64,000 bases of DNA from Omnitrophica bacterium GWA2_41_15 (GTDB taxonomy: Bacteria > Omnitrophota > Gorgyraeia > Gygaellales > UBA12090), in the NCBI GenBank assembly GCA_919902675.1, contig CAKKRH010000007.1:12942-76941 (forward strand). The letters are read 5' to 3'. Shown piece by piece: positions 8,487-18,098 of the stretch; position 1 is the first letter of the stretch, and each line of letters starts with the position of its first letter. The notes under the pieces are model-generated. The model was not told the DNA's origin. It saw only the letters and a list, made by a program, of their open reading frames with translations, and made no database searches. The position numbers were made by a program, and so were the translations under genes.

Positions 8487-8564
8487 TGGTCGGGGCGACA
8501 GGACTTGAACCTGTGACCTCTTGAACCCCATTCAAGTGCTCTAGCCAAACTGAGCCACGCCCCG
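8487..8564 (-). tRNA. tRNA-Pro (anticodon GGG), CCA encoded
   Basis: Hand-folded 78-nt cloverleaf: CGGGGCG/CGCCCCG acceptor, GCTC/GAGC D-stem, CTTGA-ATGGGGT-TCAAG anticodon arm, ACAGG-TTCAAGT-CCTGT T-arm, then ACCA. Confidence 0.9.
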
Positions 8565-8675
8565 TTACAAACTAATATGCCTAAGCTCTATCTATCCTTC
8601 TGCCTAAATTAGTAGTAAAACCGGTGTAAAACTTATCATCTTTCTTACTTTGAAGAACATGCACATAATATATAG

Positions 8676-8704
8676 ATTATACCTGCCTTTTCCCAGGCTG
8701 TAAA
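8676..8704 (-). promoter_or_regulatory. sigma70-type promoter candidate upstream of tRNA-Pro(GGG)
   Basis: Minus strand reads TTTACA (8699-8704), a 17-nt spacer, then TATAAT (8676-8681). It is about 110 nt upstream of the tRNA 5' end. Confidence 0.4.
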
Positions 8705-8774
8705 GGAAAGTTTTTGCCAAAAAATAAGGCTGGATAAGCCAAACTTTCCCTCAACCAGCCCTATTTCTTATAAG

Positions 8775-9776
8775 CTATTCTTCTTTTCTCTGCCGGGTCA
8801 TCAGGTCATTGACCGCCTTAAAGGGATCTTTATTTTTGTAAAGCACGGAATAGACCTCATTAGTAATCGGCATGGAAACACGGTATTTCTTTCCTAAGAG
8901 ATAGGCCGCCTTGGCAGTGGCCACGCCTTCTGCCACCATATTCATGCGCGACAAGATATTCTTTAATTTACCGCCCTTTCCGATCTGCTCGCCCACTGAA
9001 CGGTTGCGGCTATGCTGGCTGATACAAGTGGTAACTAAATCACCCAAGCCGGTTATGCCGCTGAAGGTTTCTTTTTTCGCGCCTGCCGCTATCCCCATCC
9101 GGCTGATTTCCGCCAGGCCCCGGGCCAAAAGCGCGGCCTTGGTATTAGCGCCAAAGCCTAATCCGTCGGAAATCCCGCAGGCAATGGCAATAACATTCTT
9201 GAGGCTCCCGCCCAATTCCACGCCAACCACATCCGGATTAGTATAAACCCTGAACCTGTTGGTAGTAAAAACACGCTGTAATGATTCAGATAGTTTTTCG
9301 CTCCAGGAGCTGACCACCGCGGTCGTAGGCACCTCTTTAGCCACCTCTAAGGCAATGGTCGGCCCGGAAAGCACCGCCAATTTAAGGCTTTTCCCTAATT
9401 CCTGGTAAATTATTTCCGAAACCCGCATCAGGGTTTCAGTCTCAATGCCTTTAACTACGCTTAAGAAAGGAATAGAATTAATATTTAATTCTTTGAGCCG
9501 CTTTAATACCTGACGGATAAACTGGGAAGGAATGGCCAAGACGATTAAATCCGCGGCTTTAAGGGCCAAAACCAAATCAGAGGTAAGAATAATTGAGGAA
9601 GGCAATCTAATGCCGGGAAGGAATTTTTGATTAATACGCGTCTTATTGACTTCGGCTATATTATCTTTAAACGCCCCCCAGAGGGTTATTTTATATCCCT
9701 TCCTGGCCAAGAGTATAGCTAAGGTCGTCCCCCATCCGCCATCACCTAAAATTGTGATTTTATTTATAGCACGCAT
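8775..9776 (-). CDS. gpsA: NAD(P)H-dependent glycerol-3-phosphate dehydrogenase
   Basis: 333-aa ORF. ITILGDGGWGTTLA is the Rossmann motif; GSLKNVIAIACG and the C-terminus are family-typical. Confidence 0.9.
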   Translation of the reverse strand: MRAINKITILGDGGWGTTLAILLARKGYKITLWGAFKDNIAEVNKTRINQKFLPGIRLPSSIILTSDLVLALKAADLIVLAIPSQFIRQVLKRLKELNINSIPFLSVVKGIETETLMRVSEIIYQELGKSLKLAVLSGPTIALEVAKEVPTTAVVSSWSEKLSESLQRVFTTNRFRVYTNPDVVGVELGGSLKNVIAIACGISDGLGFGANTKAALLARGLAEISRMGIAAGAKKETFSGITGLGDLVTTCISQHSRNRSVGEQIGKGGKLKNILSRMNMVAEGVATAKAAYLLGKKYRVSMPITNEVYSVLYKNKDPFKAVNDLMTRQRKEE

Positions 9777-9785
9777 ATAATTATT

Positions 9786-9814
9786 ATATTAACGCATAAA
9801 CCTGGATTTTGCAA
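9786..9814 (-). promoter_or_regulatory. promoter candidate for gpsA; geometry implies a near-leaderless mRNA
   Basis: Minus strand reads TTGCAA (9809-9814), a 17-nt spacer, TAATAT (9786-9791), then only 9 nt (AATAATTAT) before the ATG at 9776. There is no SD. Confidence 0.45.
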
Positions 9815-9891
9815 TAGCAAAATCCACAAACAAAAGAGGCTGATACCATTTTCAGATAACAGCCTCTCCATTCTTTACCTTATCCAAAGAA

Positions 9892-11013
9892 TCAGCGCCT
9901 GTGGCCGCCTCCATGGCTACCTCCGCCGGCACGCGCTGGAGCGCCGCCGCCTCTATGCTCGCCGCCTCCGGCACGCGCGGGTTTATTTTCACTACGCATT
10001 GAGGCATCCGCCCTATGCTCACCACCTTGTCCCCTGCCGGCTCCGACACCCGCGCCGTGATCTCGGACGCCGCGGTCTTGATGCGCCCGGACATTATCTC
10101 CCAAATTTTCTCTTCTATCCCGGACATCCTCACGCCTATCCCGCCTATCTTCCCGGCGATCAAACTTGTTTTCGGCTTTATCGCGGACATTCTCCTTGCG
10201 GTCAAATCTGTCTTCGGCTCTGTCGGCTTTGTCTTCCAGCCCATCCAACCGGCCGCCATCGTGGGTACGGTCATACACATCTTCTCTCCTATCCCGAACG
10301 TCTTCACTCCTGTCTCGAAAGTCTTCCCGGCGGTCAAACTTGTTTTCGGCTTTATCGGCCTTATCCTCTAACTTGTCTAAGAACCCGCCATCGTGCCTGC
10401 GGTCATAGATATCCTCTCTCTTATCCCGGATATCCTCACGCCTGTCTCGAAAGTCTTCCCGGCGGTCAAACTTGTTTTCGGCTTTATCTCTTAGTCCCGG
10501 TGGCAAATCTCTGCCCGGGGGATTATTCGGGCCGGCTCCGGGAGGATTAAAACCTGATGTTTCCCCCTCTCCCTGTGATTGGTAATCCCTCTTTTCCTGG
10601 CGGGCGCTCTGCAGATCATTTTTAAACTCTTGCCTGGCCTCCTGAAACGCCTGAATATCGCCATGTATCTGTTCAATATTTTCCTGATGGGTTTCTTTAA
10701 ACTGATCTTTCAGGCTCCTGGCTGTCTCATAATCGCCTGACTGTATCGCCTGATGAATCTGATCCTTTAATTGCCGCTCCTCCTGCTTGGCGGCCTGGGC
10801 ATTCTCTGTTATTGATTGACGCTCTTCTTTAAGGGCCTGGCGGTCAGAAATAAACTCCTGCTTCCAGGCGCCTGAGCCTGACGCCTCTTGCGTTCCTACC
10901 GAAGCCTCTGTCTGAGATGCCGCTTCTTCCTGGGCCTGCAATGTTGGAAGCATTCCAATTAGAAAATACAAGCCTAAAGCTCCCACCAATAAAAATAATT
11001 TGTTTGACCTCAT
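9892..11013 (-). CDS. secreted, highly charged repeat protein (Asp/Arg/Glu-rich repeats, Gly/His-rich tail)
   Basis: The likely start MRSNKLFLLVGALGLYFL... is a signal peptide with an LQAQ-type cleavage region. A Q/E-rich helical part follows, then DKAENKFDRREDFRDRREDxRDxREDxYDRxHDGG repeats, then a GGGEHRGGG...GGGHRR tail. No family recognised. Confidence 0.6.
   Translation of the reverse strand: MRSNKLFLLVGALGLYFLIGMLPTLQAQEEAASQTEASVGTQEASGSGAWKQEFISDRQALKEERQSITENAQAAKQEERQLKDQIHQAIQSGDYETARSLKDQFKETHQENIEQIHGDIQAFQEARQEFKNDLQSARQEKRDYQSQGEGETSGFNPPGAGPNNPPGRDLPPGLRDKAENKFDRREDFRDRREDIRDKREDIYDRRHDGGFLDKLEDKADKAENKFDRREDFRDRSEDVRDRREDVYDRTHDGGRLDGLEDKADRAEDRFDRKENVRDKAENKFDRREDRRDRREDVRDRRENLGDNVRAHQDRGVRDHGAGVGAGRGQGGEHRADASMRSENKPARAGGGEHRGGGAPARAGGGSHGGGHRR
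10105..10488 (-). repeat. in-frame tandem coding repeats (132-nt unit, about 2.5 copies plus a partial variant)
   Basis: CCGGCGGTCAAACTTGTTTTCGGCTTTATC recurs at about 10153, 10327 and 10459, with spacings of 174 and 132 nt. This corresponds to the 44-aa DKAENKFDRRED... unit. Confidence 0.8.
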
Positions 11014-11014
11014 T

Positions 11015-11209
11015 TTACTCCTCCTTTCCATCATTCCCCTTATACAGATATTCCCTCATATATACAACCCGCCTCTGAAAACAATCCGCCACAGGCGATA
11101 ACGTTATTGTGCCTTTATAGACTGCCTGGGGCCGATGAATAGTAAAAAGCATCAGCCCGCCTTTGGTAAAAAGTTCCCGCAATTTCAAATTATTCGGATA
11201 GATATTCAT
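11015..11209 (-). CDS. hypothetical 64-aa protein, translationally coupled between two neighbours
   Basis: Its ATG at 11207-11209 lies 1 nt after the upstream stop (11211-11213). Its stop at 11015-11017 lies 1 nt before the downstream MRSNK ATG (11011-11013). No family recognised. Confidence 0.35.
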   Translation of the reverse strand: MNIYPNNLKLRELFTKGGLMLFTIHRPQAVYKGTITLSPVADCFQRRVVYMREYLYKGNDGKEE

Positions 11210-11210
11210 C

Positions 11211-11489
11211 TTACGCCTCGCTCTTCTCCTGGGGAGTTTTTTCTTTATCCTGCTGGTTCATTTTAGATATGGCTTCCTGTATTTTCTTTTTGAGTTCATC
11301 GTCATTTTTTATCCCTACCGCGTTCATTCTGGTCCTGGATAAAAGCTCAGCCATATCCTGAAGAATCTGGGAACGCGAGAGATGTCTGCCGGTAGAAAAC
11401 ATCATATCCTTCTCCAATTTATCCAGGAATTCCAACTCCGCTCTGGTCAGGAAAGTTACCACCCTATGAGTACTCACATTTTTTTTCAT
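11211..11489 (-). CDS. small hypothetical protein, possibly ribbon-helix-helix-like
   Basis: The preferred start MKKNVSTHRVV... at 11489 has AGGAGG 5 nt upstream (the track starts at 11516). The pattern RVVTFLTRAELEFLDKLEKD resembles a beta-strand plus helix RHH N-terminus. This is weak inference only. Confidence 0.45.
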   Translation of the reverse strand: MKKNVSTHRVVTFLTRAELEFLDKLEKDMMFSTGRHLSRSQILQDMAELLSRTRMNAVGIKNDDELKKKIQEAISKMNQQDKEKTPQEKSEA

Positions 11490-11535
11490 TTTCTCCTCCT
11501 GAAGGATGACCCTCATTGGATGATACGATTACAGC

Positions 11536-11652
11536 TTTGATACATTCGGCGGCGTTCAAACCCCGCCCTTTAGGCGGGGAAAGGTTACGCCGCTCTCAGT
11601 ATCAATCCTGAGCAAACCACGGTCTTTAGACCGTGGTGTCGAAGGATTGATT
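11536..11652 (-). mobile_element. 117-bp structured repeat element, copy A (MITE/RPE-like), in the 5' leader of the 11489 gene
   Basis: Its reverse complement matches 36396-36513 with a single 1-nt indel. It holds two stem-internal loop-stem hairpins (TCAATCCT...AGGATTGA around ACCACGGTC-TTTA-GACCGTGGT, and GGCGGCGT...ACGCCGC around CCCCGCCC...GGCGGGG). At this locus it is flanked by the inverted repeat GATACGATTAC (11522-11532) / GTAATCGTATC (11659-11669). Confidence 0.75.
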
Positions 11653-11707
11653 AAAGCGGTAATCGTATCAAGAAAAACTTACCGTGGCTGGTAGGCTATA
11701 TTCAAAC

Positions 11708-11767
11708 AAAAAGCCCTTACGGACTTAGTTTTACCGAACCATAAGGCAAACCTTCCGTAAGGGCTTT
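11708..11767 (-). other. 15-bp perfect stem hairpin with a 30-nt loop in the riboswitch-controlled leader
   Basis: AAAAGCCCTTACGGA ... TCCGTAAGGGCTTTT. Confidence 0.6.
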
Positions 11768-11796
11768 TAAAAAATCTTCTTCCTTAAAACGGCAAT

Positions 11797-11830
11797 AAAA
11801 AAACCCTAAAGGCTGATTTTTTAGGGTTAA
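11797..11830 (-). terminator. intrinsic terminator, likely the expression platform of the c-di-GMP riboswitch
   Basis: Minus strand reads AACCCTAAA-AAATCAGCC-TTTAGGGTT followed by TTTTTTT, immediately 3' of the aptamer. Confidence 0.6.
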
Positions 11831-11840
11831 TTATTGCTTT

Positions 11841-11935
11841 CACCCTTTGGTAACCCCGCTACCCCCTAACCTATGGTCAAGGGACCGGAAGCTTTGCGTC
11901 TTATCCTTACGGATAATTTGCCTTTTTCAAATGGT
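11841..11935 (-). promoter_or_regulatory. c-di-GMP-I (GEMM-I) riboswitch aptamer
   Basis: Minus strand reads GGCAAA-UUAUCC-GUAA-GGAUAA-GACGCAAAGC-UUCCGG...GGGGGUAGCGGGGUUACCAAAGG. This matches the conserved GEMM-I core as I recall it from Vc2: GGCAAA, a GNRA-capped P2, ACGCAAAGC, CCGG, and GUAGCGGGGUUACC. Confidence 0.85.
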
Positions 11936-11974
11936 ATTTCTTGTTTAATTGTCAAAGTGCAAACTTCTAATTAA

Positions 11975-12002
11975 AGTATAACACAAAATTTGAGTTTGTC
12001 AA
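11975..12002 (-). promoter_or_regulatory. sigma70-type promoter driving the c-di-GMP riboswitch leader
   Basis: Minus strand reads CTTGACAA with TTGACA at 11997-12002, a 16-nt spacer, then TATACT (11975-11980). It is about 35 nt upstream of the aptamer. Confidence 0.6.
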
Positions 12003-12021
12003 GGGGGGGGGCGGGTAAATT

Positions 12022-12408
12022 TTATGGAGAAAGACCCAAGATTTTCTTAACCTTGCTTAAGAGCTCCTCAAGGTTAAAGGGCTTTAAGATATAATCTCTG
12101 ATGTCTTCATGGGTCATCAAAGAACGGTTTACATCATTGTCTTTTCCGGTAATTACCACAATCGGCATCTGAGGCGCGCTTCCGGTTAAGGCCCTTAATT
12201 CCTTGATAGCCACCAAGAAAGAAAATCCGTCCATCCGCGGCATCATAATGTCCAATAGCAGTAAATCCGGCTTATTTATCAAAACCTTCTGCAGGCATTC
12301 CTCTCCGTTTGCGGCTGTATCCACCTCATAACCGTTTCTTTCCAAAGCTGTTTTTAAGGTCTGGGAAACCGCGGGATCATCATCCGCTATCAATATTTTC
12401 TTAGCCAT
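12022..12408 (-). CDS. stand-alone response regulator receiver domain (CheY-like)
   Basis: MAKKILIADDDPAV...DLLLLDIMMPRMDGF...ITGK...KPF carries the receiver acidic pocket, phospho-acceptor Asp, and conserved T and K. The track start at 12435 is a TTG; the ATG at 12408 is preferred. Confidence 0.85.
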   Translation of the reverse strand: MAKKILIADDDPAVSQTLKTALERNGYEVDTAANGEECLQKVLINKPDLLLLDIMMPRMDGFSFLVAIKELRALTGSAPQMPIVVITGKDNDVNRSLMTHEDIRDYILKPFNLEELLSKVKKILGLSP

Positions 12409-12459
12409 AAGAGAAAGTATATCATAAAAGTTCAAAAAATGGTAATGTTTTTCAAATTT

Positions 12460-13794
12460 TTACGGTTTTTTGCTTTCCTGGCGAAAAGCCGGGATTGCGG
12501 CACTGTCGGGAAGAATCTCGTTCTTTAAGTATAATAATTCCTCTTCCCTGGTGCTGAATTTTCCGTCTAATTTGGCGTCCAGAAGCTCCTTCAAAATCAA
12601 TTTAAAATCCGGGCCCGGCCGCAGGCCTAATTCCTTAAGCTCATCTCCCCGCAGATGGATTTGAATACCGCTGTAAACGCGTAAGAAATTCTGAATCTTT
12701 CTCTTAACCCGGCCATCCCCGGACTTTAAAAGCATCAGCAAGACGACTTCATAACTTAAGGGGAAAAGAATTTTATGGATACCACTGATTGAAATTTCCT
12801 TTTTTAACTTAGATACAACTTTAGCGGTATCTTTCTTAAAAGAAATAACTTTTTGAATATCTTTTTTATGAAAGGCGAAGCTTTGCAGGGTTCTCTTAAG
12901 CTTTACCATGCTTAGATTTTCAAGTAAAACAATAAGATAAAGAAGCCATCTTTCAACCTTATGTTTATGCTTATGGACAAAATTCCCGGCGAACCATTGA
13001 TAAAGTTCATCTACCCGCTTTAACAAAGCGAAGGTTTTCTCATCAACGGCTAAACTAGGATGGATAAATTTAAAACCGCGCAATTTATTTATCCTTCTTA
13101 AGGATTTAACCGGATCCGGTTCCTTAAGGATTAAAATAAGCTCATCGCGCAGGCGGTGATTATGCACCTTTTCTAACATCCCCTTAGAAAGCGATTCCTT
13201 GAGCAGTTTTAAGGTGCGCGGCTCGATGTAAAAGTCGAACCTTTGCTCAAAGCGCACCGCCCTTAATATCCGGGTAGGGTCATCAATAAAGCTTAAATCA
13301 TGCATGACCCTGAGGACTTTATCGCGCAGATCTTTTCTGCCGTCAAAGAAATCTACCAGCTCGCCAAAACTATCCCGGGATATATCAAGGGCCATGGCAT
13401 TGATGGTAAAATCCCGCCTTTTCAAATCATCTTTTATGCTCCCAAAATTCACTTTAGGAAGCGCGGCTGGCAAATCATAAATCTCTCGCCTGGCGGTAGC
13501 CACATCTAATTTTATTCTCACTTCGCCGGGAATATGTATCGTTGCCGTTTTAAACCTGATATGCGCGGTCCAACCGACTTTCAACCTGCGGCTTAACTCC
13601 CGGGTAAGATTTATCCCGTCTCCTTCCACCACTACATCTAAGTCAAAATCCTCAACTCCCAGGATGATATCCCGCACAAAACCTCCCACGGCATACACCG
13701 GATAGCCGAGTTCTTCGGCAATGCCGCTTATAAGTTTTATGCTCCGCAGGACCTCCGGCGGTTCCCGGTTAAGCTTGTCGGCTAAATTTTCCAT
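12460..13794 (-). CDS. cca: tRNA nucleotidyltransferase / poly(A) polymerase family (CCA-adding enzyme-like)
   Basis: 444-aa ORF. VYAVGGFVRDIILG...DFDLDVVVEGDG is the PolyA_pol head motif, and RDFTINAM is also present. I cannot separate CCA-adding from A-adding activity by eye. Confidence 0.75.
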   Translation of the reverse strand: MENLADKLNREPPEVLRSIKLISGIAEELGYPVYAVGGFVRDIILGVEDFDLDVVVEGDGINLTRELSRRLKVGWTAHIRFKTATIHIPGEVRIKLDVATARREIYDLPAALPKVNFGSIKDDLKRRDFTINAMALDISRDSFGELVDFFDGRKDLRDKVLRVMHDLSFIDDPTRILRAVRFEQRFDFYIEPRTLKLLKESLSKGMLEKVHNHRLRDELILILKEPDPVKSLRRINKLRGFKFIHPSLAVDEKTFALLKRVDELYQWFAGNFVHKHKHKVERWLLYLIVLLENLSMVKLKRTLQSFAFHKKDIQKVISFKKDTAKVVSKLKKEISISGIHKILFPLSYEVVLLMLLKSGDGRVKRKIQNFLRVYSGIQIHLRGDELKELGLRPGPDFKLILKELLDAKLDGKFSTREEELLYLKNEILPDSAAIPAFRQESKKP

Positions 13795-13837
13795 ATATCT
13801 TACTGCTACACCGTGCAGTTAATTCTTGCATGGTTGT

Positions 13838-13913
13838 TTGTCTATTGCTCTATTGTCGATTGCTCAATTGCTCTGTGCGCTGTTATTAAAAATTTTATGT
13901 AACAGCGCACTAC
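13838..13913. repeat. direct repeat copy 1 (about 76-79 bp) containing an 11-bp perfect inverted repeat
   Basis: TTGTCTATTGCTCTATTGTCGATTGCTCAATTGCTCTGTGCGCTGTTATTAAAAATTTTATGTAACAGCGCACTAC. Arms are GTGCGCTGTTA / TAACAGCGCAC, separated by 14 nt. Confidence 0.8.
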
Positions 13914-13978
13914 TACATTGTTACAGAAGTTTTTGAACAATTGAACAATAGAAAATAGACCGCAATTGAGCTTTTTTC

Positions 13979-14057
13979 TTGTCTATTGTTCTATTTGCTC
14001 GATTGCTCAATTGCTCTCTCGCGCTGTTATTAAAAATTTTATGTAACAGCGCACTAC
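13979..14057. repeat. direct repeat copy 2, abutting and overlapping the xerD-like stop codon
   Basis: Same sequence family as 13838-13913, with a few substitutions or indels in the ATTGCTC-word part. The core GCGCTGTTATTAAAAATTTTATGTAACAGCGCACTAC is identical. Confidence 0.8.
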
Positions 14058-14944
14058 GGCCGGGGATGAAAATTCTTATGAATCATCTTGAGCCGGTTCT
14101 TGTCGATATGGGTATAAATTTGCGTGGTGGAAATATCAGCGTGGCCGAGCATCTCCTGCACGCTCCTTAAATCCGCCCCTCTTTCTAAAAGATGGGTGGC
14201 AAAAGAATGGCGAAGGGTATGCGGACGGATATTCTTTTTTATCCGGGCGAGGGCGGCATAATGTTTTATCAACTTCCAGAAAGACTGACGGGATATCTTT
14301 TTGCCCAAACGGCTCAAGAACAAAAACGCGTCTTCGCCCGCGCCCCGGGCTAATTTTGGCCGCGCCTCTTCTAAATATTTTTTTATAGCCTGAATAGACT
14401 CTTTTCCTAAAGGCACTATCCTTTCCTTGGATCCTTTACCTATACAACGTAAAAAACCCACATCAAAGTTTACATCCTGGGTCTTAAGATTAACCGCTTC
14501 GGAAACCCGCAGTCCCGTGGCATACATCAGCTCCAGAATCGCTTTATCCCTCAGGCCCCGCGCGGTCTTAAGATCAGGGGCCTCAAGCAAAGCTTCCACC
14601 TCAAGCCCTGAGAGAACGTCCGGTATCTTCTTCCATAATTTCGGCGAATCTAAAAGGCTGGAGGGGTCCGTTGTCAAGATTCTCTCGCGCACCAGGAAAC
14701 GATACAACACCTTAATGGCCACCAGATTCCGGGCAATGGATACCGCGGATAAACCCGAGTCTTTAAGGCCAAACATAAAATCGCTGATATTTTTTCGGGC
14801 GGTCTGGGATAAAGAATTTATATTGGAAACTTTAAGGTAATGTATGTATTTCTCTAAGTCCCGGCGGTAAGAGAGTATGGTGTTCCTGCTTAAAGACCTC
14901 TCTACGGAAAGGTAATTAAGAAAACTCTCAACTAATTCTTGCAT
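14054..14944 (-). CDS. xerD: tyrosine site-specific recombinase, XerC/XerD family
   Basis: 296-aa ORF. It has an N-terminal SAM-like domain (FLNYLSVERSLSRNTILSYRRDL) and catalytic ARG..., LRHSFATHLL, LGHADISTTQIYTHI. It ends ...HPRP, as XerD proteins do. The C versus D assignment is not secure. Confidence 0.8.
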   Translation of the reverse strand: MQELVESFLNYLSVERSLSRNTILSYRRDLEKYIHYLKVSNINSLSQTARKNISDFMFGLKDSGLSAVSIARNLVAIKVLYRFLVRERILTTDPSSLLDSPKLWKKIPDVLSGLEVEALLEAPDLKTARGLRDKAILELMYATGLRVSEAVNLKTQDVNFDVGFLRCIGKGSKERIVPLGKESIQAIKKYLEEARPKLARGAGEDAFLFLSRLGKKISRQSFWKLIKHYAALARIKKNIRPHTLRHSFATHLLERGADLRSVQEMLGHADISTTQIYTHIDKNRLKMIHKNFHPRP

Positions 14945-14947
14945 CTG

Positions 14948-15555
14948 TTATTTTAAAAAAGGATTTTCCCTTTTTTCTTCTCCTATGCTTGAGGAAGGGC
15001 CATGGCCGGGATAGACCAGGGTTTCATCCGGAAGAGTCAACAATCTATCCCTGATTGATTTTATCAACTGCTTGCTTGAGGCCCCGGGAAAGTCAGTCCT
15101 GCCGATACTTCCGGCAAACAGGGTATCGCCGGTAAAGACAACATTCCCGGCTTTCAGGCATATCCCTCCGGGGGTATGCCCCGGAGTATGTATCGTCTCT
15201 AAGGATATGTCATCCAGGGTGATAATCTCCGCGTCCTCTAAAGGTTTAACCGGAGAATTCACCTTAAAGGGAAAGCTTAAGAAATTAGAGAGATTCTTAT
15301 CCGGGTCTTTTAAAAGCTCCACATCCAATTTATGCGCGTAAACCGCGAGGCCGAATTCATCATCCGCCTGGATGTGGTCAATATGGCCGTGGGTATGCAC
15401 GATAAATTTAGGGCTGAGCTTATGTTTTTCCAGGAAGGATTTTATCTTCGGGTAATCATCTCCCGGGTCAATAATAATGGCATTTCCGGTTTGAGAGCTT
15501 GAGAGGATATAGCAGTTCACCTGCAATTCTCCCACCGAAAGAGCGTCAACGCGCA

Positions 15556-15556
<1 letters not shown>
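14948..15556 (-). CDS. MBL-fold metallo-hydrolase (glyoxalase II-like)
   Basis: 202-aa ORF with HTHGHIDH and a downstream HTPGHTPG, the metallo-beta-lactamase metal ligands. Confidence 0.8.

Positions 15557-18098
<2,542 letters not shown>

Noticed and set aside
9852-10550. Four overlapping ORFs on both strands: 9852-10337 (-), 9999-10550 (+), 10015-10371 (+) and 10166-10408 (+).
   Set aside because: They are generated by the 132-nt tandem repeats of the secreted D/R-rich protein gene, because repeats keep several frames open. Only the 9892-11013 frame has a signal peptide and operon coupling.
11536-11652. Hammerhead-like ribozyme within the 117-bp element (CUGAGCAA ... GUCGAA around a hairpin).
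   Set aside because: The catalytic core does not fit. CUGAGCA has C where the invariant G of CUGANGA is required, and the GAAA element is replaced by CGAA in a different position.
12409-12435. Leaderless promoter for the response-regulator gene (TATACT 7 nt before the ATG at 12408).
   Set aside because: No acceptable -35 hexamer lies at 16-18 nt (TACCAT/ACCATT). The gene probably belongs to the cca transcript, so I did not list it as a promoter.
13838-14057. Direct repeats considered as a mini CRISPR array.
   Set aside because: There are only two copies. The repeat length (~78 bp) and single 65-nt spacer are atypical, the repeats are low-complexity word arrays, and no cas genes are present.
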